Source: Tetramitus jugosus (taxonomy: Eukaryota; Protista; Heterolobosea). Taken from it: DNA of 64,000 nucleotides. Shown piece by piece: positions 46,101 through 56,900 of this stretch. The notes under the pieces are model-generated. The model was not told where the DNA came from and did not search any database. It was given only the letters and a program-made list of their open reading frames with translations. Numbering within the stretch: the stretch's first letter is position 1; the number at the start of each line of letters is the position of its first letter. Position numbers and translations under genes: made by a program. The stretch is from positions 124,001 to 188,000 of the forward strand of contig OW569354.1 of the NCBI GenBank assembly GCA_937625935.1. The letters run 5' to 3'.

Positions 46101-46350
46101 GGACTTGAATATGCCAAGATTGAATGGCTTAGAGGCATCAAAACTCATCAGAGAGTCCGAAACCAATTGGAGGAATCATATCATTGCACTGACAGCAGAC
46201 TCAACAGACGAAACCAAGAGGCAGTGCATGGCTCATGGAATGGATGATGTAATCATCAAGCCCATCAGTACAAAGCATCTCTCAGCTGTTCTAGATGTTC
46301 AATTCAAACAAAAACGCTCACAAACAAGTAACAAAGCATCAGAAACATGA
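43166..46350 (+). CDS. Histidine kinase rhodopsin: 8-TM type-1 opsin + HisKA + HATPase + degenerate REC + REC; exons 43166-43942, 44045-44117, 44183-46034, 46095-46350
   Basis: Spliced helix C GRSLYPIR|YLEWTFTTPCLL; helix F TWSSFPVVW; helix G YGLCDLGAKF (retinal Lys); H-box SAHELRTPLN; N-box NLVSNAIKF; DQGVG and GTGLGL; REC ILIVEDN..ILMDLNMP..IIALTA..KP. Confidence 0.9.
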
Positions 46351-46516
46351 ATAGCCAACAGTTATGATGTTGTATCACAATCAAGGAACAAGGAATAGTC
46401 ACACAAATTGTACAGGAGCAGATCAACTTTGCTGCCCTATTCTTCGAGCGAAAAACTTGAAGATCATCTCTATGTCAAACAGCAACATGGACAAGAGATT
46501 ATAAACAACCAATACT

Positions 46517-46834
46517 TCACAAAGTTGTTTGGCGATGCTTATTCTTCAAATGTTGTCTTTTTTGTACTTTGTCTTGATTGACCTGTATCTCTTCCAACTG
46601 ATAAATGGTTGTCTCCATGCCAAAGGACATGGCCAGCGAGCTTTGTTCGAGAACTTCAAACCTATTCATCGCTTCCTTACTCTCCTCCACTGATTATCGA
46701 GCACACCATGAGAAATGAAGTGAACTCAAACAGACTAGAAATCAACACTTACTTATTGAATTCAGTAAAATTGAAATCTGAGCCAAAGTTTCCACATCTT
46801 TGTTTCTTTCATCGTTGCTCGCTTGGTGGTTCAT
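46517..46834 (-). CDS. Putative 84-aa coiled-coil protein; 2 exons (intron 46690-46752)
   Basis: ATG in A-rich context; GTAAGT..TCAG intron gives MNHQASNDERNKDVETLAQISILLNSI|MEESKEAMNRFEVLEQ...QTTL*. Confidence 0.45.
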
Positions 46835-47033
46835 TTTAAGGCTATTGTTGCGTTTTTTGTATTCTAGTAGGACAACGTCAATCACATCTCTGGTGTCATC
46901 CTTGAGCGACGTTGGGCGGGAAAAAAGCCGCAAAAATTACAAAAACAAAAATTCACAACAGCCAGAACAACAAACAACATCAAAAAAGCAAACAAAACAA
47001 CCACCATCAACAAGAACAAGCTGAATCGCCAAA

Positions 47034-48098
47034 ATGATACACAACATTGTTCTCATCACACTCAAAGGTGGTGTCGTCAAGTACAAGCGAGAATTTCTTC
47101 ATCCAATCGGTAAAGCTCAAATGCTTGCCGGTCTCTTTGTCACCCAAATGAAAATTACGAAACGTGAAATGCGTCACACACTATCCTATGTTGAATTTGA
47201 TAAGATTGCTGTGACTATTGTGGATGATGATGAACTCGATTTGGCATGTGTCGTGTTTCACGATGTGAGTGACGGTTGGGAATTTGGACAATTGTTGGCC
47301 ACTCAAATTCTATTAAAGTATCTCGAGGCAAACAATGTGAAACCCATTCATTTCAACAGTGCAAGCAGCAGCAATCTAAACAATAATATCAATGGAAGCA
47401 ATAACAACAACAATAACAATAATAGCAATAGTAATAGTAATAATAATAATAATAATAGTATGAATGGTAATGGTCACAACAGTATTGGTAGTGGAGGAAT
47501 CATGATTGGAAATCGAATGGGCAACAATGGAACATCATCCATTTCGATTGCTTCATCTGCTCCGACATCTATTGCCACGACATCTCGACCTTCTTCCAAC
47601 AATTTGACACAATTATCATTCCATAACAGCAGTAGCAGTGGAAATGGTGGCAGTGGTTTTGGCAGTGCAAACAAAATAGAGTACAATATTGAACAATCAG
47701 TGTTTCATACAAAGTTGTCTGATGCGTTCAAGTCAATGACTCTTCCCATCATGTTCAATCTACAACAGCAGAGAGGCATAGAGAAGGCTGCATTTGTCTC
47801 TGCACACAATAGCAACAACAAGGTTCTTTCTTCCATTTTTGCAGATTGGAATTTGGAGGCATTTTTGGGTCATTTGATATCGACATCGAATGACTTGGTC
47901 GGAGGAACACCACAGTCGATTGTGATTGAGGGTGATGCGACCAATATTCAAGTCATTCAGGTGGCACCTTCCTATCATTTGGTGTGCTATGTTTTGAAGA
48001 ATATTGACCCAAAAATCATTGAAATGGCTATCCACAAGGCTGTGAAACTATTGCGACAGGTGCATGATTTGTTGACTCATACTCACTCGGTCAAGTAA
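47034..48098 (+). CDS. Hypothetical protein: longin-like N-domain, poly-N linker, roadblock/profilin-like C-domain
   Basis: Intact 354-aa ORF; folds inferred only from the secondary-structure pattern. Confidence 0.65.
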   Translation: MIHNIVLITLKGGVVKYKREFLHPIGKAQMLAGLFVTQMKITKREMRHTLSYVEFDKIAVTIVDDDELDLACVVFHDVSDGWEFGQLLATQILLKYLEANNVKPIHFNSASSSNLNNNINGSNNNNNNNNSNSNSNNNNNNSMNGNGHNSIGSGGIMIGNRMGNNGTSSISIASSAPTSIATTSRPSSNNLTQLSFHNSSSSGNGGSGFGSANKIEYNIEQSVFHTKLSDAFKSMTLPIMFNLQQQRGIEKAAFVSAHNSNNKVLSSIFADWNLEAFLGHLISTSNDLVGGTPQSIVIEGDATNIQVIQVAPSYHLVCYVLKNIDPKIIEMAIHKAVKLLRQVHDLLTHTHSVK

Positions 48099-48443
48099 GA
48101 TTTTTCTTTGCACAGTTGAAACCAATTTGTATAAGTTGGTCACTCAACCCTGGCAAACGAAAGATTATTTTCTGTTAGGAGAGGTGTTCAAACGAAGGAG
48201 GTTCGCTTGGTCACAAACGGAAAAGAGTGAACTACTAAGACAAATGTCGACAGTAGAACTTCTCAGTAAAAAGACAGAACATTGTAACAAACTCAAACTC
48301 CTGTTGTTCTTCTCTTTATATAACCAACGGTTCATTGAATTGGCTGAGCGATGCATTCCCGCCAACCATTATTTTATTGCGGTAAATAAAACCCCGAAGT
48401 ACACAAAAACCGATCGAAAAACACCAACCACCGAAAAAGAGCA

Positions 48444-50802
48444 ATGTATCATCATCACTACCCACAACAGCAGCAACAACCGATTCCTCAACAATGCCCC
48501 TGGCAAGAATACACCACATCAGATGGTAAAAAATATTATCACAATGCCTTTACGAACATTACTCAATGGCACAAACCACAAGAGCTCATTGATCATGAAA
48601 ATGTATGGTACATCATTGATTCGTTACCTTTTCATCGTACGATTCTTGATCTCTCACACTTTGATTTTTTGTATTTCATATTTTTCTGGTGTTGTTTTTG
48701 TATTCCCTTCTTGCTTGACAAAAAAACATGATAGATGATGAGAATGCAGCAAACACAAGTTGCACCAGTAGCTACTACGGCAACTACCCCTACCACCGCA
48801 CAAATGATGATGAACAATCCATGGACAGAACACGCTGATGTTCAAACTGGAAAAACATACTATTATAATGCAATGACTGGAGTGTCCACATGGACTATAC
48901 CTCCTGAATATTCAGGTTCGTTTCCTCAACTTTCATTTGATATGATTTTTGCTTGTTGTATGTGAAGCCAATCATTTTGCTGACTCGCCATTTTTTTACG
49001 TGATAGATTTCCTCAATCGCCAACAACAACAACCGCCCATGTCAACAACAACAACCGCAGCAGCATCAGCATCTGAACCGTCATCATCATCATCAGTCAT
49101 AACGAACCATTCAAGTAGTAGTTTGCTTGCTGCACCTGGAACTACACCTACTAAATCAATAGCAACTACCACCACTCCAGCCAAATCAAAGAATGGACAA
49201 GCAACAACAACAACAACAACGATTCATGCACCTAGTGCTTCTGCTGTCATGACACTCGAACCCAAAAAACCTCAATCAACTACCACCTCCTCAACAGCAA
49301 CAACAGCATCTGCCAATGAACAAAAACAACAACAAAAGTTACAAGAGTCATCATCATCATCATCACCCAGAATGGACTCATCATCATCATCTCAACAACC
49401 ACCATCACAACAATACAAAACAAAGGAAGATGCCATTCGAGCATTCAAACAATTATTGAGTGATACAGGTGTAGGAGTAGGTTGGGACTGGCAGAGTGCC
49501 ATGAAAAAGATTATTCATGATCCAAGGTATCGTTCACTAGGCAAAGTATCGGAGAAGCAACAAATTTTTCATCAATTTGTCGACGAGAAGAAACAGAGAG
49601 ACAGAGACGAGAGACAATCACGATTCAAAATCATGCAAGATGACTTTAACGCACTTCTCTCGGAGATTTTATCAAATACTCCGAAGAGCGGAGTAATGTC
49701 TTACCGCCATTTTTCGTCATTGGCCATGAATGATGCACGATTCTATAGAGTGCAAGACGAGTTGGACAGACAACGATTCTTTGACGAATACATGTCAAAG
49801 CTACGAAAAAAAGAAAAGGAAGAATATGAACAGCGAATGAAACAGTACATGGACGAACTGCGAAAATTGATTCTTCAGAAAGTGGATGAAAATTTGATTA
49901 CGAGTCAGTCTTCATCGCGCAAAATGGATGAATTGTTCTCCCAGGAGGAATGCTACATGAAATTGCACAGAAATGATCGATTTTATGTGTGGGATCACGC
50001 AATGCCAGAAATTGAGCAAAGAGAGCACGCAAAACGAGTCATGGAACGACAAGCGCGAAAACAACGAGAAAAGGAAGATAGAGCACTGTTTCACGAGCTG
50101 CTGTTGAAATTGAAGAATGAAAAGAAGGTGAATGTGTTGTCGCGTTGGCAAGAAGTGGAACCCATGATACGCAACGAGAGTATTTATCAAGTGATGCAAG
50201 ATGTTCATCTCATTAAGCCAAAGGATCTGTTTGAGAGCTTTTTGGATGAATTGGAGCTGGAGTACAAGGAGAATAAGAAGATTCTTCGATCGATTTTGAA
50301 AGATGTGAATTATGAGGTGAAACTGAGGGAGGCCAATGGTGATAATGACGACGAAGGATACTCTGAATTCTATCAAGTGGTGAACAAGGATGAGAGAACA
50401 CAAACGATTAATTCACAAAACTTGAAAATTTTGTTTGAAGAGTTGATTGATCAGGCAAAGAGAAAGGAGAAGCGAAAGAGGAAGCAAGCAGCAAAATTCT
50501 TCGATATGCTGCGTTCGTTGGGTCTCGTAAGGCCAGATTCAACTCTCGATCAAATTGCACCACTTGTGCAAGAAAAGGAACCATGGCTGAAGATCAAGAC
50601 AGATCAAGAACGCCAGAACTTGTTCGCTGACTATATCAATAGTCTGACGAGCAACAACACTGCAGAGACTGCCGATGGGAAAGAGTTGCAGAACAAGAGA
50701 GAACGACCAGCAGACATCCAAAATGGTGAAGCTGAGAGTGAGGCAAAGCGGGCGAGAATCGATCTTGAACCGAGCGAAGATTCAAGTGTCCAAGCTGAAT
50801 AA
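48444..50802 (+). CDS. PRP40: PRP40-like splicing factor (WW + FF domains); 3 exons (introns 48603-48734, 48916-49006)
   Basis: WW motifs WQEY...GKKYYHN..TQWHKP and WTEH...GKTYYYN..STWTIP; FF repeats AFKQLL..W..AMKKIIHDPRY. Confidence 0.9.
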
Positions 50803-50849
50803 AGGAAGTTGTCTGTATTTTTTTCAAAGAACAAATGTATTAGGAATGC

Positions 50850-53297
50850 TTAGAATAATTGCTTCAATTGGAATGCAACTCCGTGAACTTGTGGTGTAGG
50901 AGAGGTAGTAAACTGTTGCACCAGTTGAGGAAGGTTGTAAGTCGATGCTCGTTGTACGAGAGCTGGTGAATGTTTCAACAGAGTACCAGCAGCAGCCAAC
51001 AATCTATAAATCAACGAGTGATCCACGATCACCGTCAACATTTCGCTGATCACGGAGAGCAGCAATTCTTCGGACTCTTGTGCACTTCGCTTCTGAGCAG
51101 CCAAGTTCAGCACAAGTGTTGTCGAAGATGTTTGAATATTCTTGTCTTGGGACTTGCTGAATGATTTGGCCACCATAACCAAATCATTGTAATGTCTGGC
51201 CGCGATATCTGCATTGTGAATGAATATGTTGGCAGCAAATCTCATGAACAACATGTTCAATACATTGTTGGAAGCTGCTTGCTTCATGACTGTCAACAAA
51301 TCGCTCAAGATATCTCTGTTATTCGTTTGCAGTTGTTGTGCATAGTGGCGAGATCCGACAGGTGTCAGAATAACAAGTCTCATCAGATCCATAATAGGGA
51401 ACAATTGTTGCAATGGCCATTTGAGGAGCTTGTCATCAAGCAGAGAAAAGTGTGCATCAGTAACACCAGAGAAGTTGGATGTCTTGATTGCCGTAATCAA
51501 TGAGTTGAACAAGTCGAGTTCAGCATCGCTCATTGCGACATTGGATCCTCCATTCTTGAGAGCATCATTAAACTCCTTGACCTTTCTCACGATTCCATCA
51601 GTGTTCGCCTGATCAAAAGAAACAGGTTTTGCTGGGTAATGAGTAATGGCTCGTTGTGTACTTCTCTCTTGCTCCAGTTGTTGCAACTTCTTTTGTTCCT
51701 TTTCCCACTCGCTCTCCTCCTGTTTCGCTGCTCCAGTGCCCATTTGATTGGCATCTGCCGAGTCAGAGTTCTTCATCACAAACTTTGCAATCTGATCCAA
51801 GTAATACTGTGGCATTTCGTGCTTCCAAATAAAGTCTTGAGCTGCTTCATACGGATTCATTGCTCGGTTGTAAGGCAACTTGTATGTTCGTGTTCCAGAT
51901 CCAGCTTGCTCCAACTCAATATCAAATACATAATCATACATGTTTCCCTCATAAAATACTCTGTCAGAGAAACCAGATCCGACACCAGGACCTTCCACAA
52001 TATCACCCATCTTCTCCCACCTGCCTTCGTCAGCATTCCATGACCATGCCTCTGGCATACCATTGTTGTTCACCATCTTGACTTCGCCACTCTTTGATCC
52101 AGGCTTCTGAAGAGCAGCAGGACTCTGCAACGTTGCTGTATCAACTCCACTCTTCTTCACCTTTGAACTCTGAATGTTCTTGTTAAAGTTTTGAATGACT
52201 TGAGCATCAGCGATACGTGATTGTTCTCTAGTGAACACTCTAGCAGTGCAGTCGGCACATGCCGTGGCAATGTCACCATTGTCCAATTCAACAACTTTCC
52301 AAACACATGCCGGATGCTCAATCGTTTGCATCAATTCACCATTCTTCCACACTTTAACAGTCTTGTCTTCTGATGCTGTATAAATGAGCGAGCCACCGCC
52401 ACCAGACTCCGAACGAGACGACACTGTGACACTATAAGTCAAATTGTTGTGTGCGTTAATCTCTTGAATGTTCTCTCCCTGGAGTGTCCATGTCTTCATG
52501 AGACCATCGTTGGACACGGACAAGAATCCAATACCAGGCAATTCGGCAAATCCTCTGACACATGTCGTACTACCCATCACAGTCTTGAGTTCTCTGAATG
52601 CACCAATCGTATCACTCATGTTTGGATTGTCGCAGACCCATAGCTTCATGGATCCATCGCCACAACCGGAAACAAGCATTGGTTGACGAGGCATCAAACT
52701 CAGCAAACAAAGAACGTTCATTTGATGACCCTTGAGTGTCTGAACACATTGCAACACAGCTCTAGCCTTATCATAGCACCAAATCTTGATTGATTTGTCC
52801 CAGGATGCAGTCGCAAAGTGAACCAAATTGGATGGCAAAGAATTCGCGCTTGACGTTGGCAACTTTAGGTATTCTACACTGGTGATGGATGAGTCGTGAG
52901 CAGCCTGCAACTGAATCAATATTTCACCAGTCGCAGCATTCCACACGATAATTGACTTGTCATGAGAAACACTCAACAACAGACCGTGCTCCTCCACATA
53001 TTTCACATCAGAGACAAAGTACTGATGACCGACCAGTGTGCTCATGCAGGCATATCTCTTTTTATTGATTTGTTCATTGAGGAGAGCTTCTGTGTCAGCA
53101 TCATTGGCATCATTGATATCTTGCATGCTCGTGCTTGACAATTCTTGCTCTTTGGATTGCCAAATCTTGAGTGTGGTGTCTAGTGAACCTGTGATGACAC
53201 CATGATGAAACAGTGGCAGAGAAGCAATGGTACGGACTTGATCTGCGTGATCTGATAATTCCGCAGAGAGATGAAATTGACTACTATTGTTGGACAT
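50850..53297 (-). CDS. PLAA: Phospholipase A2-activating protein / Doa1 (WD40-PFU-PUL)
   Basis: WD40 repeats; PFU YDYVFDIE..KLPYN..NPYEAAQDF; PUL KWP..LFPIMDLMRL. Confidence 0.93.
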   Translation of the reverse strand: MSNNSSQFHLSAELSDHADQVRTIASLPLFHHGVITGSLDTTLKIWQSKEQELSSTSMQDINDANDADTEALLNEQINKKRYACMSTLVGHQYFVSDVKYVEEHGLLLSVSHDKSIIVWNAATGEILIQLQAAHDSSITSVEYLKLPTSSANSLPSNLVHFATASWDKSIKIWCYDKARAVLQCVQTLKGHQMNVLCLLSLMPRQPMLVSGCGDGSMKLWVCDNPNMSDTIGAFRELKTVMGSTTCVRGFAELPGIGFLSVSNDGLMKTWTLQGENIQEINAHNNLTYSVTVSSRSESGGGGSLIYTASEDKTVKVWKNGELMQTIEHPACVWKVVELDNGDIATACADCTARVFTREQSRIADAQVIQNFNKNIQSSKVKKSGVDTATLQSPAALQKPGSKSGEVKMVNNNGMPEAWSWNADEGRWEKMGDIVEGPGVGSGFSDRVFYEGNMYDYVFDIELEQAGSGTRTYKLPYNRAMNPYEAAQDFIWKHEMPQYYLDQIAKFVMKNSDSADANQMGTGAAKQEESEWEKEQKKLQQLEQERSTQRAITHYPAKPVSFDQANTDGIVRKVKEFNDALKNGGSNVAMSDAELDLFNSLITAIKTSNFSGVTDAHFSLLDDKLLKWPLQQLFPIMDLMRLVILTPVGSRHYAQQLQTNNRDILSDLLTVMKQAASNNVLNMLFMRFAANIFIHNADIAARHYNDLVMVAKSFSKSQDKNIQTSSTTLVLNLAAQKRSAQESEELLLSVISEMLTVIVDHSLIYRLLAAAGTLLKHSPALVQRASTYNLPQLVQQFTTSPTPQVHGVAFQLKQLF

Positions 53298-53754
53298 TTA
53301 GGTGGATCAAGCTTGTTGTTGCTGCTTTGCTTTTTTTGATGTTTCCTTGTGCTGTGTCGCTCTTTGTTGATCGAGAGTTATCGATTGTTCGATGCGTTGT
53401 GTTTGGAACCTGAGCTAAGAATAGAATATTTTCGTTACAACATTCGTTCTTGTGCAGGTCTCCTGCACTCCAAAACAATTAATCTGAACATGGGAAGTAT
53501 GAGAAAAATAAAATCTTCACAAGGAAACACTTTTTTGATCAACAAGAAACAAAATTCATCCAAAGTCTTCTTACACTACCATGACTACCGCATCCAGGGA
53601 CATGTGGCGGCCAACCAAAGTCATCTGTGCTGGTGCGATGATTCTTGGTCCCAAAGAGGTCCTTGAACCCATCGCCAAAAGAATCAGCCAAGGAAAATCA
53701 TCGAACCAACCATAGGCTGCATCAGGGCCTCACAACCAAAAGATACACTCATAT

Positions 53755-53830
53755 GCTCACTCGCTCACAGGGAATCGAACCAACTACTCCGTGCGCACGA
53801 ACACATAACTAAACCACTCAACAAAAAAGC
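53755..53830 (-). other. tRNA-like remnant / Pol III A+B box sequence
   Basis: Minus strand TTGTTGAGTGGTTTAG ... GGTTCGATTCC with tRNA-like spacing, but no proper acceptor or T stems. Confidence 0.4.
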
Positions 53831-53900
53831 AGTTGATATCCCTGTTTGTCAAATTAATATTATATGAAATGTTGGCCGAAAATACATAACGCCTATTCAT

Positions 53901-56900
53901 TCATGAATCATCAAATTCGTAGTTCTCTCTACACCGTATGCAATAATAATGATCTGGCCAATCTTCTGGATCTGGATCAGCAGGGTTGACTCGAACACTG
54001 AATCCTTCACAGCCGGGACAGCACACATTGTCACAGTCATCACCTTCACACATCAAGAGCTCTCCCTTCTTCTTGCATCTCATACACTGATTCTGGTGAG
54101 ACTTTTCTTCGTCATTATAATTATCACACTCTTCTTCATCATAATCTGACTCTAGCTCTGACTCTCCACAATCATCTCCATTGTGCAATTGAGAATACGA
54201 TGTCACAGATCTGTGTCTTCGTGTGGAAAGAATATTAGCAAGACGAATACCATCTTCTTCGTCTTCATCAGATTGTGTATTCTTCTTTGCAGTTCTGGAT
54301 ATCTTCGGTGACTTACAGGAGCTTCTACTAGTGGTGTTGCTTCGTTTCCGCTTTCCGGACTTCCCGGAAGATATAGGCTTCTTCTTAGATTGCAAGGCAT
54401 GTCCTCTCTTCTCAATTAATCGATCAGTGTATTCCTGAACAGTCAACTCTCGATCTGAATGCGGCTGTGTTGATACCAACAGATCATAGTGCTTCTCTAC
54501 CGTGGATATGTCAACATTATTCCTCTCACAACCCTTCACAACTACTCCATATGCTGCTACTGTGTCTGCTGTTGCTTGGTGTTGTTCATACTTATTCTTC
54601 CCAAAATAATACTCATGTAAACTGGGCAGTGACAATGACTCAAGTTCAACATGTTCCATCTGAGTGATATGCTTCACCACAAACTGCAGATCTGTGAATA
54701 GCAGATTCTTCATAAATCGCAAGCCAACACCAGCAAATAGTTTGACCAATAATCGATAATCATGTGATCTGCCAAAATATGCAGCCAGTGCAATCTTATC
54801 TGCGTTGACCATATTGAAGAAGTGCTGGATCTCAGAACAGACATGAATGGGGGTTGGTGCTGATCTCAATTGCTGCTTCGTAATTCCATGGATATCCACT
54901 TTGCCAGCACTGCCTTGCCTGACAAGACTGTTGAATACAATACCAGATCTGGGATGGTTGAAGCAAACGGATATAATCTGGAAATTTCCATTCCACTCAA
55001 AATCACAGTAGACAAAATCCTGAGCCACATGCTTCAGCGGACGGAGCTGCTTCTTGTCTGGTCGTTTCCACAACTCAGTGTATTTCATTCCAAAGGACAT
55101 TTCTCCGGAATGTTCTGATGTGACTGGTGCAGAGTCAACACTCTTGGTTGCCTTGATCATGACCTCATCCACCGTAACACTCATACTTCTCAGCTGCATG
55201 AAAGCCACTGCCTCTTGAGCGAATGATCCAATCATGTAGTCTCTACTCTCCTTTGTTCTAATTTTGAGTTGATGTTCCTCAATTAACTTGGCTCGGCTGT
55301 ACTGCTGATCATTGTATTCAGCTTGCTTCCGCTGGCGTCTGTTACTAATTGCAGCAATTGCAGTGTTTGTGCTCTGGATCTGAGTGTTCGTGTCGCTGTA
55401 ATATGCGTCTGTTCCAATGCTGGCTCGATGTAGATGATCTGGATGATGTTTCATTATTCGCTGCTGATTCACTTTGGAAAACACTATCAGAAATGCAAAC
55501 ACTGTGAATCTTCGTAACACTGCTCTGAATTCACCGAACAATCCTTCCAGCATATTTGTCATAAATAGATGCAGATTGAAGGTAGTAATACCAAAATGTT
55601 CCAGCAGTTGTCCCAGTGATTGAACAGACTCAGCATTGAGCAAGTATGAATCCAATGTCTCCTTTGGGAAATTGTATTTGCTGCAATCGAGAATTCCATA
55701 TACACTCTTCCAATGAGATAGTTCTGCTGTGTCTGCACTCAAACACTTACTATAATCAGATAGTTCAGACTTCTGTACACACTTGTGGTAGGTATTGTTC
55801 ATCAGACTAACAAGCCGAATTAAACCAGTGAATTGAGGAAACTCTTCCTGCAATACTTTCAGATAATCATCACTACATACAGCAGCCATATGAGACTCGC
55901 TTTGCTTGTCTGTTGTAAATATATCAGAAGGCTTCAATACCTTCCTCACTGCCTCAGAATTCTGGTATGTATAAATAATTGTATCCAGGCCAACAATATG
56001 TGTTGTATAAGCAACAATAGTCATAGAGACTTCACTGTCACAAGCAATCTCCAGGTGATCAAATGCTTTTGCAGGAGTGAGGATTCCAATCTGTACTGCA
56101 TTATCACCCGCTTCTCTGTGTCCACCTTCTACTTTCTCATCAAAATGGTGGACCGTATTATCATCTGAATGAATACAATGGTACAACACAGAGTTACCAC
56201 TTTTGCACTGCAATTGAAATGAACTAGAATAGTTGATAGTCAGCAACAGATAGTTGATTGCCTCTTGTCTACACCGAAGTACCTTTCTCGGCTTCAATAT
56301 GTACTTTGCGACAATACTGTACTCCTTCACTGGAATTAGAATTTGCTTGAGCTTCATGTTGCATTTGTCACTTTTGCACAAGTGACACACACAAATCATT
56401 GCTGGTAATTTCACCTGTGTTCCATCTTTGAGCTGAAACGGTGGTGTCTTCAATTGTAGATCCTTCAGAGCACTAATATTTGCTCCATCTGCTGCAAGTA
56501 AGCCAACATTTATATTGTGATCATTGCATGACCGAATACCTTCGGAAACTAAATCTGTAATTACTCCAGATGTCTCAGAATATGTGCAAGTGAATCCCAA
56601 TATCTGTGCCACTTCACCTGAAGCATGAACTAACAAACAAACAATAGCCTTCTTCGCTAATTGTTTGTGAGATAAACTGAGTAGCTGATTGAATAATACA
56701 TCATCATCGATGTCCGATATTTTGTGTATCTTCTGAGATTCACCATATATATATCCAGTGCTTCCAGATACTGTGATACCACTGATTAGCTGTATGCCAT
56801 CAATCATGATAGCCCAAAAGTTTTCTAGTTTCAACTCGGTCATTAATAGAGAGCAGAAATTGACATTATCTTCCATAATTCCATATTCATGCACGAGTGA

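Noticed and set aside
46517-46834. Resemblance to DASH subunit Dad1
   Set aside because: Only generic coiled-coil similarity.
53581-53715. 44-aa ORF MTTASRDMWRPTKV...
   Set aside because: Too short and has no motif; cannot be supported.
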